Below, one piece after another: positions 35,316-44,385 of a stretch of 64,000 nucleotides of DNA. Within the stretch, counting starts at the first letter, position 1. Every line of letters starts with the position of its first letter. The stretch lies in assembly GCA_963722305.1 (NCBI GenBank), contig CAVRKE010000001.1, forward strand, positions 501,549 through 565,548. Reading direction: 5' to 3'. Source of the DNA: Candidatus Levyibacteriota bacterium (GTDB lineage Bacteria; Patescibacteriota; Microgenomatia; Levybacterales; UBA12049). Under the pieces are notes generated by a model. It was given only the letters and a program-made list of their open reading frames with translations. It was not told the DNA's origin and made no database searches. Made by a program: the position numbers and the translations under genes.

Positions 35316-35738
35316 GTGGCGAAGAAAATCAAGACAATAATTAAGATAAATATACCTGCCGGGCAGGCCACGCCTGCGCCACCGGTGGGAACGGCTTTGG
35401 GACCACACGGATTACCGATTATGGAGTTCGTCAAGGCCTTTAACGACAGGACTGCCGAGCAAAAAGGCACCATTGTTCCGGCTGTAATTACCGTTTACGA
35501 AGACCGCACTTTTTCGTTCATTGTCAAAAAATCTCCGATTGCGGAAATGATTAAAAAAGCGATGAACCTGGAGAAAGGTTCCGGCAAACCGGGGACAGAA
35601 TCGGCAGGAACATTGACTAAAACTCAGGCCGAGCAAATTGCCAAAGACAAGCTGGAAGATTTGAATACCGACGACGTGACTCAAGCTGTCAAAATTGTGG
35701 AAGGAGTCGCCCGCTCAATGGGCATCAAAGTACAATAA
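35316..35738 (+). CDS. rplK: 50S ribosomal protein L11
   Basis: MAKKIKTIIKINIPAGQATPAPPVGTALGPHG... is the canonical L11 N-terminal domain. GTG start. Confidence 0.95.
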   Translation: MAKKIKTIIKINIPAGQATPAPPVGTALGPHGLPIMEFVKAFNDRTAEQKGTIVPAVITVYEDRTFSFIVKKSPIAEMIKKAMNLEKGSGKPGTESAGTLTKTQAEQIAKDKLEDLNTDDVTQAVKIVEGVARSMGIKVQ

Positions 35739-35739
35739 T

Positions 35740-36639
35740 ATGGGAAAAATTAGAGTCAGAACTCTTGGCGACGAAAGCCAGGAAGAACAACAAAAAAACG
35801 AGGTCAAGAAAAAACACGAGGCTAAATTGAACGCAGCGAAATCCTCGACGAGAGGAAAGACGACCAAGGCTCCCGGCATGAAAGGCGGCGAAAGAGTGGT
35901 TTCGGTTGGCCCGAGCGAAGAAGAATTAGCCGCTTTGGATAATAAAGGGGTGGCAGAAGAGGGAGGGCTCCCGACAGCGCGCAGTGAAGAGAGCACTGGC
36001 GGGAAGGAAACCTCTGACAGGACCCCGACAAAAAAGCCTAAAAAGGAACAAAAAAACTTCCATTCGCAAAAATACGAGAAACTGTTAGCCGAAGTTGACC
36101 GCAGCAAGACTTATCCTTTAAACGAAGCGCTGGCGCTTTTGCAGAAACTGCAGCGGAAATCTTTTGACGAAACCGTTGAATTGCATGTTAATACCTTAAC
36201 CAGTGGTATTTCCGGCCAAATTACTCTTCCCCACGGCACCGGTAAAACCACCCGCGTCGCCATTGCCGACGACAAAATAATTGCCGAAGTCGAAAAAGGA
36301 GTGATTAATTTTGACGTTTTGGTGGCAGAACCAAGTATGATGCCAAAACTGGCCAAGGTGGCTAAAGTACTAGGACCAAGAGGCTTAATGCCAAACCCCA
36401 AAAACGGCACGATTTCGCCAAAGCCGGAAGAAGTGGCCAAAAAATATGCCGGCGGACAAATGAACTTTAAAACCGAGACCAAAGCACCGATTATTCACTT
36501 AACTGTCGGCAAAATTTCCTTTGGTCCGGAAAAATTAACCGAGAACATTGAAGCATTAATTGCCGCCATCAAAAAAACTAATATCGTAAACGTTACCTTG
36601 AAATCTACAATGAGCCCGGGGCTGAAGATAAAGATCTAA
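35740..36639 (+). CDS. rplA: 50S ribosomal protein L1 with a ~110-aa Lys/Glu-rich N-terminal extension
   Basis: The canonical L1 core begins near KYEKLLAEVDRSKTYPLNEALALL and includes ..LPHGTGK.. and ..LGPRGLMPNPK... The start is set at the ATG at 35740, 1 nt after the rplK stop. Confidence 0.85.
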   Translation: MGKIRVRTLGDESQEEQQKNEVKKKHEAKLNAAKSSTRGKTTKAPGMKGGERVVSVGPSEEELAALDNKGVAEEGGLPTARSEESTGGKETSDRTPTKKPKKEQKNFHSQKYEKLLAEVDRSKTYPLNEALALLQKLQRKSFDETVELHVNTLTSGISGQITLPHGTGKTTRVAIADDKIIAEVEKGVINFDVLVAEPSMMPKLAKVAKVLGPRGLMPNPKNGTISPKPEEVAKKYAGGQMNFKTETKAPIIHLTVGKISFGPEKLTENIEALIAAIKKTNIVNVTLKSTMSPGLKIKI

Positions 36640-36684
36640 GCCTCAATTTGACAATTTTTTACCTCAGTAGTATTATCCGCAAGT

Positions 36685-36942
36685 ATGCCATGCCTACATG
36701 AATTGGGTTTAGTACGAAGAATTAAAAATACAGGCACACATATCGCACGATCGATTGACAGATTTGAACTGAAGGTTGAAGGGCTTAGTTCAAGGCAAAA
36801 AAGACAAATTTATTTTGTTATAGTAGCATTTATGTTAGCTACTGTAGGTTCCATTGGCGCAGTTGCAGGTAATGACTTAGGCGCTGCGATGCCTTTCTCC
36901 GGAGCTGCCGCATCGATATTTGGTGCAGCCATGAACTCCTAA
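36685..36942 (+). CDS. Small hypothetical membrane protein (85 aa)
   Basis: A TTGACA-N17-TATTAT promoter (36648-36676) lies 8 nt before the ATG. Gly/Ala-rich C-terminal TM segment. Confidence 0.45.
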   Translation: MPCLHELGLVRRIKNTGTHIARSIDRFELKVEGLSSRQKRQIYFVIVAFMLATVGSIGAVAGNDLGAAMPFSGAAASIFGAAMNS

Positions 36943-36989
36943 CTCGGCCTATTGACAACCAACCACCTCAGCATTAAAATCCGCTCAAT

Positions 36990-37844
36990 ATGATAAGAGA
37001 ATTTGGAACATTTCGACCTCTGTCTCCCAGCCTAATAGGTGATCCACAATCACCGGGACAAGCTAGTCCTACTAAAGATTCTGATGGCCGCTTAGCTCCG
37101 CAGGAGCGCCGTATTAAACTGCTTGCTGCTCTTTGCGAAAAAGGACTGTTTAAAGCGGTCGCTGCCTTGGAAAAAGAACAACCGACGAATGATCTTAAAT
37201 ATCGTTCCTGGGAATTAGTCAGGCACGGTAGAGCGGCAGAAGTGGTTGGAACAGTTTTAGGCCCGGACGGAAAACCAATACGTTACAACGGTTTTGAACC
37301 GTATTTTCTCGGTCTTCCGGCAGAGAAAATTGTCAAGCGGGAAATCGAATTAGGCCATCATCTTGCAGCTGAACTTAAGTTGGAACATCCAAAGGGCAGA
37401 ACAATAGAACTAAATCAACAGGAACGGGAAGTTATAAAAGCTTTACGCGGTGAGGAAATATCCCATTCCCACATTATTCAGGTATTAAAAGACCTTGATT
37501 GCGTTTTTCAAGTTGTTCATAATAGGGCAAAAGGCGGTTTAATTTGGGAAGGCATCCGGTTCCGGGACCACACGCATGACATTGTTGAATCAAGCCAACC
37601 TTACGAACCAGTCGTTAAAAATACGGTTGTTCATGTAGAAAACGCGGAAGACAGAAACGCTCTTATCTTACTGGGTGAAATCGGCATTATAGGCCATCCA
37701 GCACTTAGAGAAATCGTTGAGGGTATTCCTTTTAGATTTGAAGAAGAACCAAAACCTGTTATAGTCGTAGACGAGGCAACACATCGAAGGCTTAACGCCG
37801 CGGTGCATACTGGTGAAAAAGGACCGCCTGATGAACTTGCCTAG
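36990..37844 (+). CDS. Hypothetical protein (284 aa)
   Basis: A TTGACA-N17-TAAAAT promoter (36952-36980) lies 9 nt before the ATG. No recognised motif. Confidence 0.55.
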   Translation: MIREFGTFRPLSPSLIGDPQSPGQASPTKDSDGRLAPQERRIKLLAALCEKGLFKAVAALEKEQPTNDLKYRSWELVRHGRAAEVVGTVLGPDGKPIRYNGFEPYFLGLPAEKIVKREIELGHHLAAELKLEHPKGRTIELNQQEREVIKALRGEEISHSHIIQVLKDLDCVFQVVHNRAKGGLIWEGIRFRDHTHDIVESSQPYEPVVKNTVVHVENAEDRNALILLGEIGIIGHPALREIVEGIPFRFEEEPKPVIVVDEATHRRLNAAVHTGEKGPPDELA

Positions 37845-37908
37845 AATCCCTTTCCGTTCGGTTTGACAATAAACCGCCAACACAGTAAAATCCCCACATT
37901 ACTAAATT

Positions 37909-40089
37909 ATGAGCGTAGAGCAGCACAGACGCACCAACAGAGAGACTCTTGCCGAGGCTTTTTCGCTTGAAAAACAAGCCGCGGGCGCAATAGCGGGGAG
38001 ATTACATTTAATACCGCTACATGAAAGACAAGAAACGGAAACTGTTAAGCTGACTTTTGCATCATTCGGAGTAGTAGGCGCATGCGGCCAAACCGGCCGG
38101 CTTTATATCGAGAGGACTGCTCTTGGCTCCCCCACTCTTCCCATTACTGCAGTTGATTTGGTAGAGCCTACGAAAAGAGGAATAGAATTCCCCGACAGCG
38201 TTAAATTTTCTAGCGATTTAGCTTCAATTTTGCAAAGAAAAGACAGACCCGAAGCTTTTATTCTTGCGACCACTAATCCCATTGATAAACTACTTGAAAC
38301 TTTTAGAGATAACCTTGACGACAGACATATCACTTTGATTCTTCCTCAAAATGGAGTTGACGTTGTACCAAAAGCTCAAGAAATATTAAAAGGTAAAAAC
38401 GTAACTTTAATAAGAGCAAGCTTATTTACACCGGTTGATACTGAGCCGGATGGAAAAATTAAATATCCGGAGGACAAATTAAGAATAGGGCTTTCTTTAG
38501 TCAGGCCGGAAGGAGATATTGCCGATCCCGAAAAAGAGAAAGAACTTCAAAAGGCGGTAGAAACGTTTAGACGAGGAGGTTTTGACGCTAAAATTTTTGA
38601 GAACTATGTCAGCATGGAATGGACAAAGTTAGTTTTGAATGCGGTTGGCATAACAGGAGGTATTGTCGGCATTTCACCAAAAGAAGTTTACAATGACCAC
38701 GCCCTGTATCTACTGGAAACGCAGGCGCTGCACGATAGATTAAGAATTTTGGAAGCAGCCGGAATTAAATTAGAACATATTCCCTGGGGCGGAGCCGCAC
38801 TTTTACCTACATATGATTCTCTCCCTGGACTAATAAGAAAAAGTCATTTGGCGCAATTCCTTTATGGCCAGAAAGTGATTGCCGGCAGAGGGAATAAGCC
38901 TTCATCGGTTGGAATCAATATTCAAAAAGGAACCCCAACTGAGGGAATTACTTATCTTGAACCATTTGTCAAACTTGGAGAAACGGTTGGACTGCGATCA
39001 ATTGTCGATGAAGCGATGATTGAAATCATTCAAGGAAATTATACATTTATAACTCGTCGCAAAAACGACGTTGATACTCAAGAAAGAAAAATTGATTTGG
39101 CAGATTTTAGCCTCGAAGAGAGAAGAACGCTTTTGTTTGAAACTATTAGAAAACTAAGCCAAAAACCGCCAACCCGCCTGGACCGACTTGAAGGCAGAAT
39201 ATTTGCCGAAGGAGCGAAAAGATTTCTTCGTTACAGGATTATTGATCCACGCAACTACAGAGAGCGAACAGCTGAAGTTTTGCATCCAAAAAATGCTGAA
39301 GAAAAACCAGGTGAGGTGGTTGAAGGATTAAATCATGGAGACATGTCTGACTCTATTCACGGAATGGAATTAAATTTCACGATAGATGATATTGCCCATG
39401 CCTATGGCATGGATACTTTTTGGCATTACGATCGAACAAGAGGAAAAAAATATACCAGACTTTATGCTTGGGTAGAAGCTAAAGTGACAGCGGCAACCGG
39501 TATGCGAACCTACCACATCTTAAGGGAAAAAGATTTTGAATATTACCGAACCCACCGCGGAGCTATAGAAGGAAAAGCTCCTGAAGAATATAGCGGCCCA
39601 TCCTACAGAAAAATCAGGGAAAGACTTAAAAAAGAAGGCGGAATTTTTCTAATTGCTCCAGAGGCAACCAGAACTTTAACCGGCGAGCTAAATAGAGCTC
39701 AACCTGCAGGACTATTTTTAGAAACAAAGGACTTCAAGGAACGGGGCGTTTATCTTCCGGTAGGACTTGTCCCGACTTCTATCAAAGTCCCTTATCCCGA
39801 GAGAAGAAGTCTCGCCCAAAAAGCTAAACGCTTTTTGGCTAAAACAGAAATTAGAGTAGGAAAGCCTGTAACCTACGCTGAAATTATCCAAGATATGACA
39901 ATTGTCAATGAAGGCATAAAAGCTGTAAATAACCAAAGAGGAGAAAATGAGCAACTCGAATTAATGACCATAAGCGACATGATGATGCTTTATATCGCTA
40001 GGGTTCTTCCTCCACAGTATTGGGGATACTATAAAGAATACGTTCAATTCATGCCAAAAAATAATGGCAACGCTCCCCTAGCCACCTAA
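37909..40089 (+). CDS. Fusion protein: ketopantoate-reductase (ApbA/PanE)-like N-terminal half plus PlsC-type acyltransferase-like C-terminal half
   Basis: The N-terminal half has a Rossmann motif VVGACGQTG and MEWTKLVLNAVG (the W.KL..N motif of PanE). The C-terminal half has NHGDMSD (H-x4-D) and IAPEATRT (an FPEGTR-like motif). A TTGACA-N17-TAAAAT promoter lies at 37863-37891. Confidence 0.5.
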   Translation: MSVEQHRRTNRETLAEAFSLEKQAAGAIAGRLHLIPLHERQETETVKLTFASFGVVGACGQTGRLYIERTALGSPTLPITAVDLVEPTKRGIEFPDSVKFSSDLASILQRKDRPEAFILATTNPIDKLLETFRDNLDDRHITLILPQNGVDVVPKAQEILKGKNVTLIRASLFTPVDTEPDGKIKYPEDKLRIGLSLVRPEGDIADPEKEKELQKAVETFRRGGFDAKIFENYVSMEWTKLVLNAVGITGGIVGISPKEVYNDHALYLLETQALHDRLRILEAAGIKLEHIPWGGAALLPTYDSLPGLIRKSHLAQFLYGQKVIAGRGNKPSSVGINIQKGTPTEGITYLEPFVKLGETVGLRSIVDEAMIEIIQGNYTFITRRKNDVDTQERKIDLADFSLEERRTLLFETIRKLSQKPPTRLDRLEGRIFAEGAKRFLRYRIIDPRNYRERTAEVLHPKNAEEKPGEVVEGLNHGDMSDSIHGMELNFTIDDIAHAYGMDTFWHYDRTRGKKYTRLYAWVEAKVTAATGMRTYHILREKDFEYYRTHRGAIEGKAPEEYSGPSYRKIRERLKKEGGIFLIAPEATRTLTGELNRAQPAGLFLETKDFKERGVYLPVGLVPTSIKVPYPERRSLAQKAKRFLAKTEIRVGKPVTYAEIIQDMTIVNEGIKAVNNQRGENEQLELMTISDMMMLYIARVLPPQYWGYYKEYVQFMPKNNGNAPLAT

Positions 40090-40128
40090 CCCTTGACGGA
40101 AAAATAAATATGAATTAATATCCACATC

Positions 40129-40254
40129 ATGTCAATTGAAAGAAAACATTTAAACAGACTTGAAGCTTGGAAAAAAGGCGAACCATATCGTAGAGCTGTT
40201 GATCTAACGCGTAGCGATGGCTACAATCCATCCATTCCCCATCCCCACAGCTAA
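40129..40254 (+). CDS. Small hypothetical protein (41 aa)
   Basis: MSIERKHLNRLEAWKKGEPYRRAVDLTRSDGYNPSIPHPHS. A TTGACG-N17-TAATAT promoter (40093-40121) lies 7 nt before the ATG. Confidence 0.3.
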   Translation: MSIERKHLNRLEAWKKGEPYRRAVDLTRSDGYNPSIPHPHS

Positions 40255-40289
40255 AAGGAGACCGTTTTATCGAATCTTCAGAATGGGCC

Positions 40290-40442
40290 ATGAATAGAGG
40301 GCTTATTGCGGCTGCATTTTCTTTCTTAAGCTATCTTTCTGGGAATGAGCGGGCAGGTACAGCGGCAGCGGCGACAGCGGCTGTTTTTATCTTAAGCTCC
40401 ATTATTCTTTATAATCTATCCAATTATTCAAACCCAAACTAA
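40290..40442 (+). CDS. Small hypothetical membrane protein (50 aa)
   Basis: MNRGLIAAAFSFLSYLSGNERAGTAAAATAAVFILSSIILYNLSNYSNPN has two hydrophobic segments, in the same style as the C-terminus of 36685..36942. Confidence 0.25.
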   Translation: MNRGLIAAAFSFLSYLSGNERAGTAAAATAAVFILSSIILYNLSNYSNPN

Positions 40443-40510
40443 GGCACCTATACCTTGAAGACAAGTAAGACATGCTCATGTTAAATTTCTGTCTCGAAAT
40501 AGATTAAGTC

Positions 40511-42185
40511 TTAAGGTTGACTTCTTTGAGGTAAAGTTGGCAATGAATCTTTCGTTGCTTCCCATTCTTTAAGAATCTGAATAACTCTTTGGTTCTCACC
40601 TGCTGTGGGATCTAATATAGCCTCTTCCAAGTTAAGCATAGCCACGTTATACAGTTTGCCAAACTCTCTAACAAAATTTGCATCATGTCCCTTGCTCAGA
40701 GACCGTTCATGTGAGATTTCATGAAGATAAGTTTCAAGTGCAGTTGAAAACGCTTGATGGATTCGTTCTTGTGCTTCCCACAAGAATTCAGGCGTATAAT
40801 GCCCATGGAAAATACTTTTTTCCTTAGCAGCGCTAAACATCCAGATTTGAGGAGTTTCCTTAATTCCCATTATTTCTCCGGCAAATTCCCTTAGCAATCC
40901 CGTTCTTGTGTTTTCAGCTTCTGAAGGCTCAATTCTAAAATGACTCATTAGATTTTTAACAGCTTCTGCCGTTGTAGTCATTCCCAAATCTGCCATTGCA
41001 GGATGACAAAGAACATAACCTGCTCCTTCTAGAGCTAGGTCATAGTCACCAAACGCCTCGTTGCTTATGGCGACATATTGAGAAGGAAATTCTAGCGGTT
41101 GTCCGTGATATTTTTCGACATAAGCATCCACCATCGCTCCCAATAATTGCCCTGGTATTGAAATATCGTAAATTGAATTCATGAAGTCTTCCCCCATAGC
41201 CAATGCGTTTGCCATGCCCTTTTTTGTCCGATCGGGATCGTCTACGCTTTCTATGTCTACCGATTTAGGACCTCCTGGAACCAATGGTTTTTTTCTTCCA
41301 TACCAAAAATCGGGATTATTGACTATAGTGCTTCGTATTTCTTCCTCTGTCATTCCAGCTACAATTTTCGGAATAACGTCTTCTTCTATTTGTCCTTTTG
41401 TTACAGCTCCTCGGTCTCGATCCGCACTTAAAAACTTTTCCCTTAGTCCATAGTGTTATGTCTTCAATTGCATTGTAACCTCCGCCACTCTTATCACCCA
41501 GAAATAGAAGATCTTGACGAAAATGACGTCTTTGTCCAGCTTCGTAAATATTACCTTTTTTGCCTTTGTGGAGCTTAAAGCCTCCAACTTCGGGATTGCT
41601 ATATGTGGGATTTCTAAAGTCAGGATTTTCGCTTGAATAGAAAAGATTTCTTGTTTCAAGAAATGTTTTTGCCATTCCTGGTGTTGGAAACTTAACACTA
41701 AACCTACTTCCGGCTTGATAATGAACTCTTTCTACTCTTGCATAGAGGCCTTTCGTGGGTTCATCGCCAATTCTATAATCAGGAACATCATTTAGATAGT
41801 AGGTTAAACGCCAGTCTCCCGATTCGTGCACTACTTGATTAGCTCCCATTCTTGTCAACATGATTAGCGCGGCGACTTTTGCTCCTTCCCGATATCCTCC
41901 CGCAGATGAATCATCCATAGATTTTGTTCCTCCGCCCATATGCATTAAATGTGAATAGTCGTATTCACCTGAACCGCCTATTAAAACTTGGACTCCGTGT
42001 TCGGTTTTGGTTTGAGAATGGATAACTCCGTCTAGTGTGCCACCTTGCCCATCAAAGAAGTTTTGCCATACATCTCGAGCGGTTTTTTCATCATCCCAAG
42101 GAACGTTGTATGTTGTAAGTAAGCCAAGATATCTATTTTCAATTACCGAAGACCTTATTTCGCCTGATGGTATTGGATCTGGCAT
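40511..42185 (-). pseudogene. Frameshifted ~558-codon gene: GHKL-ATPase-like N-terminus, HExxH-containing C-terminus
   Basis: Track ORFs 41316..42185 and 40511..41353 overlap. The downstream frame is open from 41455 and reads ..LREKFLSADRDRGAVTKGQIEEDVIPKIVAGMTEEE.., so a +1 shift near GGGAAAAG (41442-41435) joins them. Motifs: ARDVWQNFFDG (N-box-like), GGYREGAK, LHEISHERS (HExxH). Confidence 0.55.
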
Positions 42186-42263
42186 AGCAATCTAATTGTT
42201 GTATATTACGAATGTAATTGCAAGCATATCTCGAGCATAATCCATGCTTGAGTTTTATTCTTT

Positions 42264-43115
42264 CTATGTTCCCGTCCAAATCCCAGCAATCATTCCCTTG
42301 CTTTGTAATAGATCAATTGTGGTTACTGCAAAATTTAGATGGTGTTCAAAAAGCGTTTCTTCAACTTTTTGTTTAATAAATTTTAAGAGAAACTTTTCCA
42401 TTTGCTTATCTGGAAGTACAAAAAGAATAATTGTATTAGCTGCTGTTGCTCCTTTGTAGTCTGAATATTCAATATATTGTTGTACTCTGTATCTTAAATA
42501 GTACCTTGGAGTCTTTTCTCCAATTAATTCAAGGTAATATAAATAGTCTTCTTTATCCTTAACTTGTTTTTTAAGCTTATTAATAGCTGTTGTTAATTTA
42601 ATCTTTTTCTTTATATAGTCGTCAATGATTGCAGGAGATGTTTTTAAAGATATTGCACAATCAGGATATGGTTCTATTATTACATCGTCTTCGTAGAGCT
42701 CCTGTTTTGTTTTAAAGAAGTTTAACGCATTAAGATCTTCAGTTTTACGTAGAGTGTCTAGGTAAAGATTGGCAATTACTGAACATCTACTTCTAAACTC
42801 TTCACTTCTTTCTTTTTCTCTGTAGAATTTATGAGCTGTATCATAGTCGATGTTATATCTAACAAACCTGACACCGGTTGGCGCTAAGAAATACACTGCC
42901 GGTTGAAGATTGAAAGGTGTTTTTCTGTCATAGATACGGTATAGATAGTCATTTTCTACTAAGTTTTTAAGCCATACGTTAATTCTTTTATAGTCCTTAT
43001 GTTTCATTATGGTTTGTATTTGAATTCTGTTTAGGAATCTGAATTTATGAATTAGTTTTAGTATTTCTTTTTGTTTTTCTGAGATGTAGGGTAGTTCGTA
43101 AGACCATTTTTTCAT
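42264..43115 (-). CDS. Replication-relaxation family-like protein (wHTH N-terminus); plasmid/integrative-element type
   Basis: 283 aa and AT-rich. The N-terminus ISEKQKEILKLIHKFRFLNRIQIQTIM resembles the wHTH of replication-relaxation proteins. The call is from memory of the family only. Confidence 0.4.
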   Translation of the reverse strand: MKKWSYELPYISEKQKEILKLIHKFRFLNRIQIQTIMKHKDYKRINVWLKNLVENDYLYRIYDRKTPFNLQPAVYFLAPTGVRFVRYNIDYDTAHKFYREKERSEEFRSRCSVIANLYLDTLRKTEDLNALNFFKTKQELYEDDVIIEPYPDCAISLKTSPAIIDDYIKKKIKLTTAINKLKKQVKDKEDYLYYLELIGEKTPRYYLRYRVQQYIEYSDYKGATAANTIILFVLPDKQMEKFLLKFIKQKVEETLFEHHLNFAVTTIDLLQSKGMIAGIWTGT

Positions 43116-43494
43116 ATGTTTTTTGTTTTTAAGAGGCAGTTATTGTTTTTAGTTTAGTTTTGAGGGCAGAGGTTTTATTGTTTAGTATTATATCATTTTA
43201 GCGGATTTTAGAGTTATATCTTTATTTATATTTATATAAATAGAAAAGAGGGAATAACCCAGGATGTGATTTTAGACATTATTCGGCTAATTTAATGGAA
43301 AAATAGACACCACCCCCGCCCTAGCCGAATAGGGCAAAAAGAGTACTTACGTAGGTACTATTTGAAAGCTATGATATACTTTAATTTAATGAAAAAGAAA
43401 CTGTTGGAGAAAGATAAAAAATTATTAGAGTTTGTAAAGATGGGTGGACGTGAGGGAGCAAAAAAAGATTTCCTATCTTTACTTAAAAAAGCAG

Positions 43495-44385
43495 CTAAAC
43501 CTTTAAAGTCTTAACCTCTGCAACTTGTCTTAGTAGCATTTCAAACATTTTTCCCTGATTGTTTCTCTGATTATATCGCCAAGCATATTCGTTGACATAA
43601 CTTTGGAGATATTTCTTTGAAACAACTCTATAAACTCCCGTAATTCCTCTTTTTAACTGAGACCATACCCCCTCAATAGTATTATTGTGAATAAATCCTC
43701 TTACATATTCTCCGCTTGAATGATTAACTTTGTCATGGTCGTAGTATCCAAAGTCATACAGGTTTTTATACGAAGCAAGTTCATCTGTCATGACATGGGC
43801 TTTAGGACTGACATTTTGTTTTATCTGGTTTATCAGCGTCCATTTTCCAGTATTGGGAATATGTTTTAAGTATGCCTTGCCACCCCTTTCAACTGCTCCC
43901 CAAACTACTTCCTTAGGTATTTCGTTGAAGTTTGGTTTTGTAGCTCTATTCTTACCCTTACCACCGATATATGTTTCGTCTATTTCAACAATCCCGCTTA
44001 AAAGTCCACCTTCCGTTTCTGCCATTAACATTCTGATTTGTTTAAACATTCTCCACGCCGTCTTATATGTTACCCCTAACATTCTCTCCAATTGTTTGGC
44101 CGATGTTCCGGATCTAGTTGTAACCATTAAATACATTGCAAAAAACCAAAGATCAAGTGGAGTACTGGTTTTTTCAAAGATAGTACCGGCCAGTGGATAG
44201 ATCTGAAACCCACAATACTTACAAGCATATGAGGTTCTATTGGTTACGGGATAGAAGACTGAAAGACTTTTACATTTAGAACATTCCATCTCATCTGGGA
44301 ATCTTAAGCGTTTAATAGCTTCCAGGCACTGTAAATGTGTACCGTATTTTCGCTTAAATTGTCTGAGGCTAAACTTCTTATTCAT
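43495..44385 (-). CDS. IS1595-family (ISXO2-like) transposase, a second, different element
   Basis: Zn-ribbon CSKCKS...CKYCG. DDE-type residues in VEIDETYIGG, VMTDELASY and NNTIEGVWSQLKR. The element ends could not be defined with confidence. Confidence 0.8.
   Translation of the reverse strand: MNKKFSLRQFKRKYGTHLQCLEAIKRLRFPDEMECSKCKSLSVFYPVTNRTSYACKYCGFQIYPLAGTIFEKTSTPLDLWFFAMYLMVTTRSGTSAKQLERMLGVTYKTAWRMFKQIRMLMAETEGGLLSGIVEIDETYIGGKGKNRATKPNFNEIPKEVVWGAVERGGKAYLKHIPNTGKWTLINQIKQNVSPKAHVMTDELASYKNLYDFGYYDHDKVNHSSGEYVRGFIHNNTIEGVWSQLKRGITGVYRVVSKKYLQSYVNEYAWRYNQRNNQGKMFEMLLRQVAEVKTLKV

Noticed and set aside
35009-35473. The 154-aa minus-strand ORF across the nusG-rplK spacer and the rplK 5' end
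   Set aside because: It is antisense to rplK and to the structured leader, and it has a low-complexity composition. It is an artefact.
35695-35739. A longer rplA start overlapping rplK (track ORF 35695..36639)
   Set aside because: The extra 15 codons lie inside rplK in another frame. The ATG at 35740 sits 1 nt after the rplK stop, the usual coupled arrangement.
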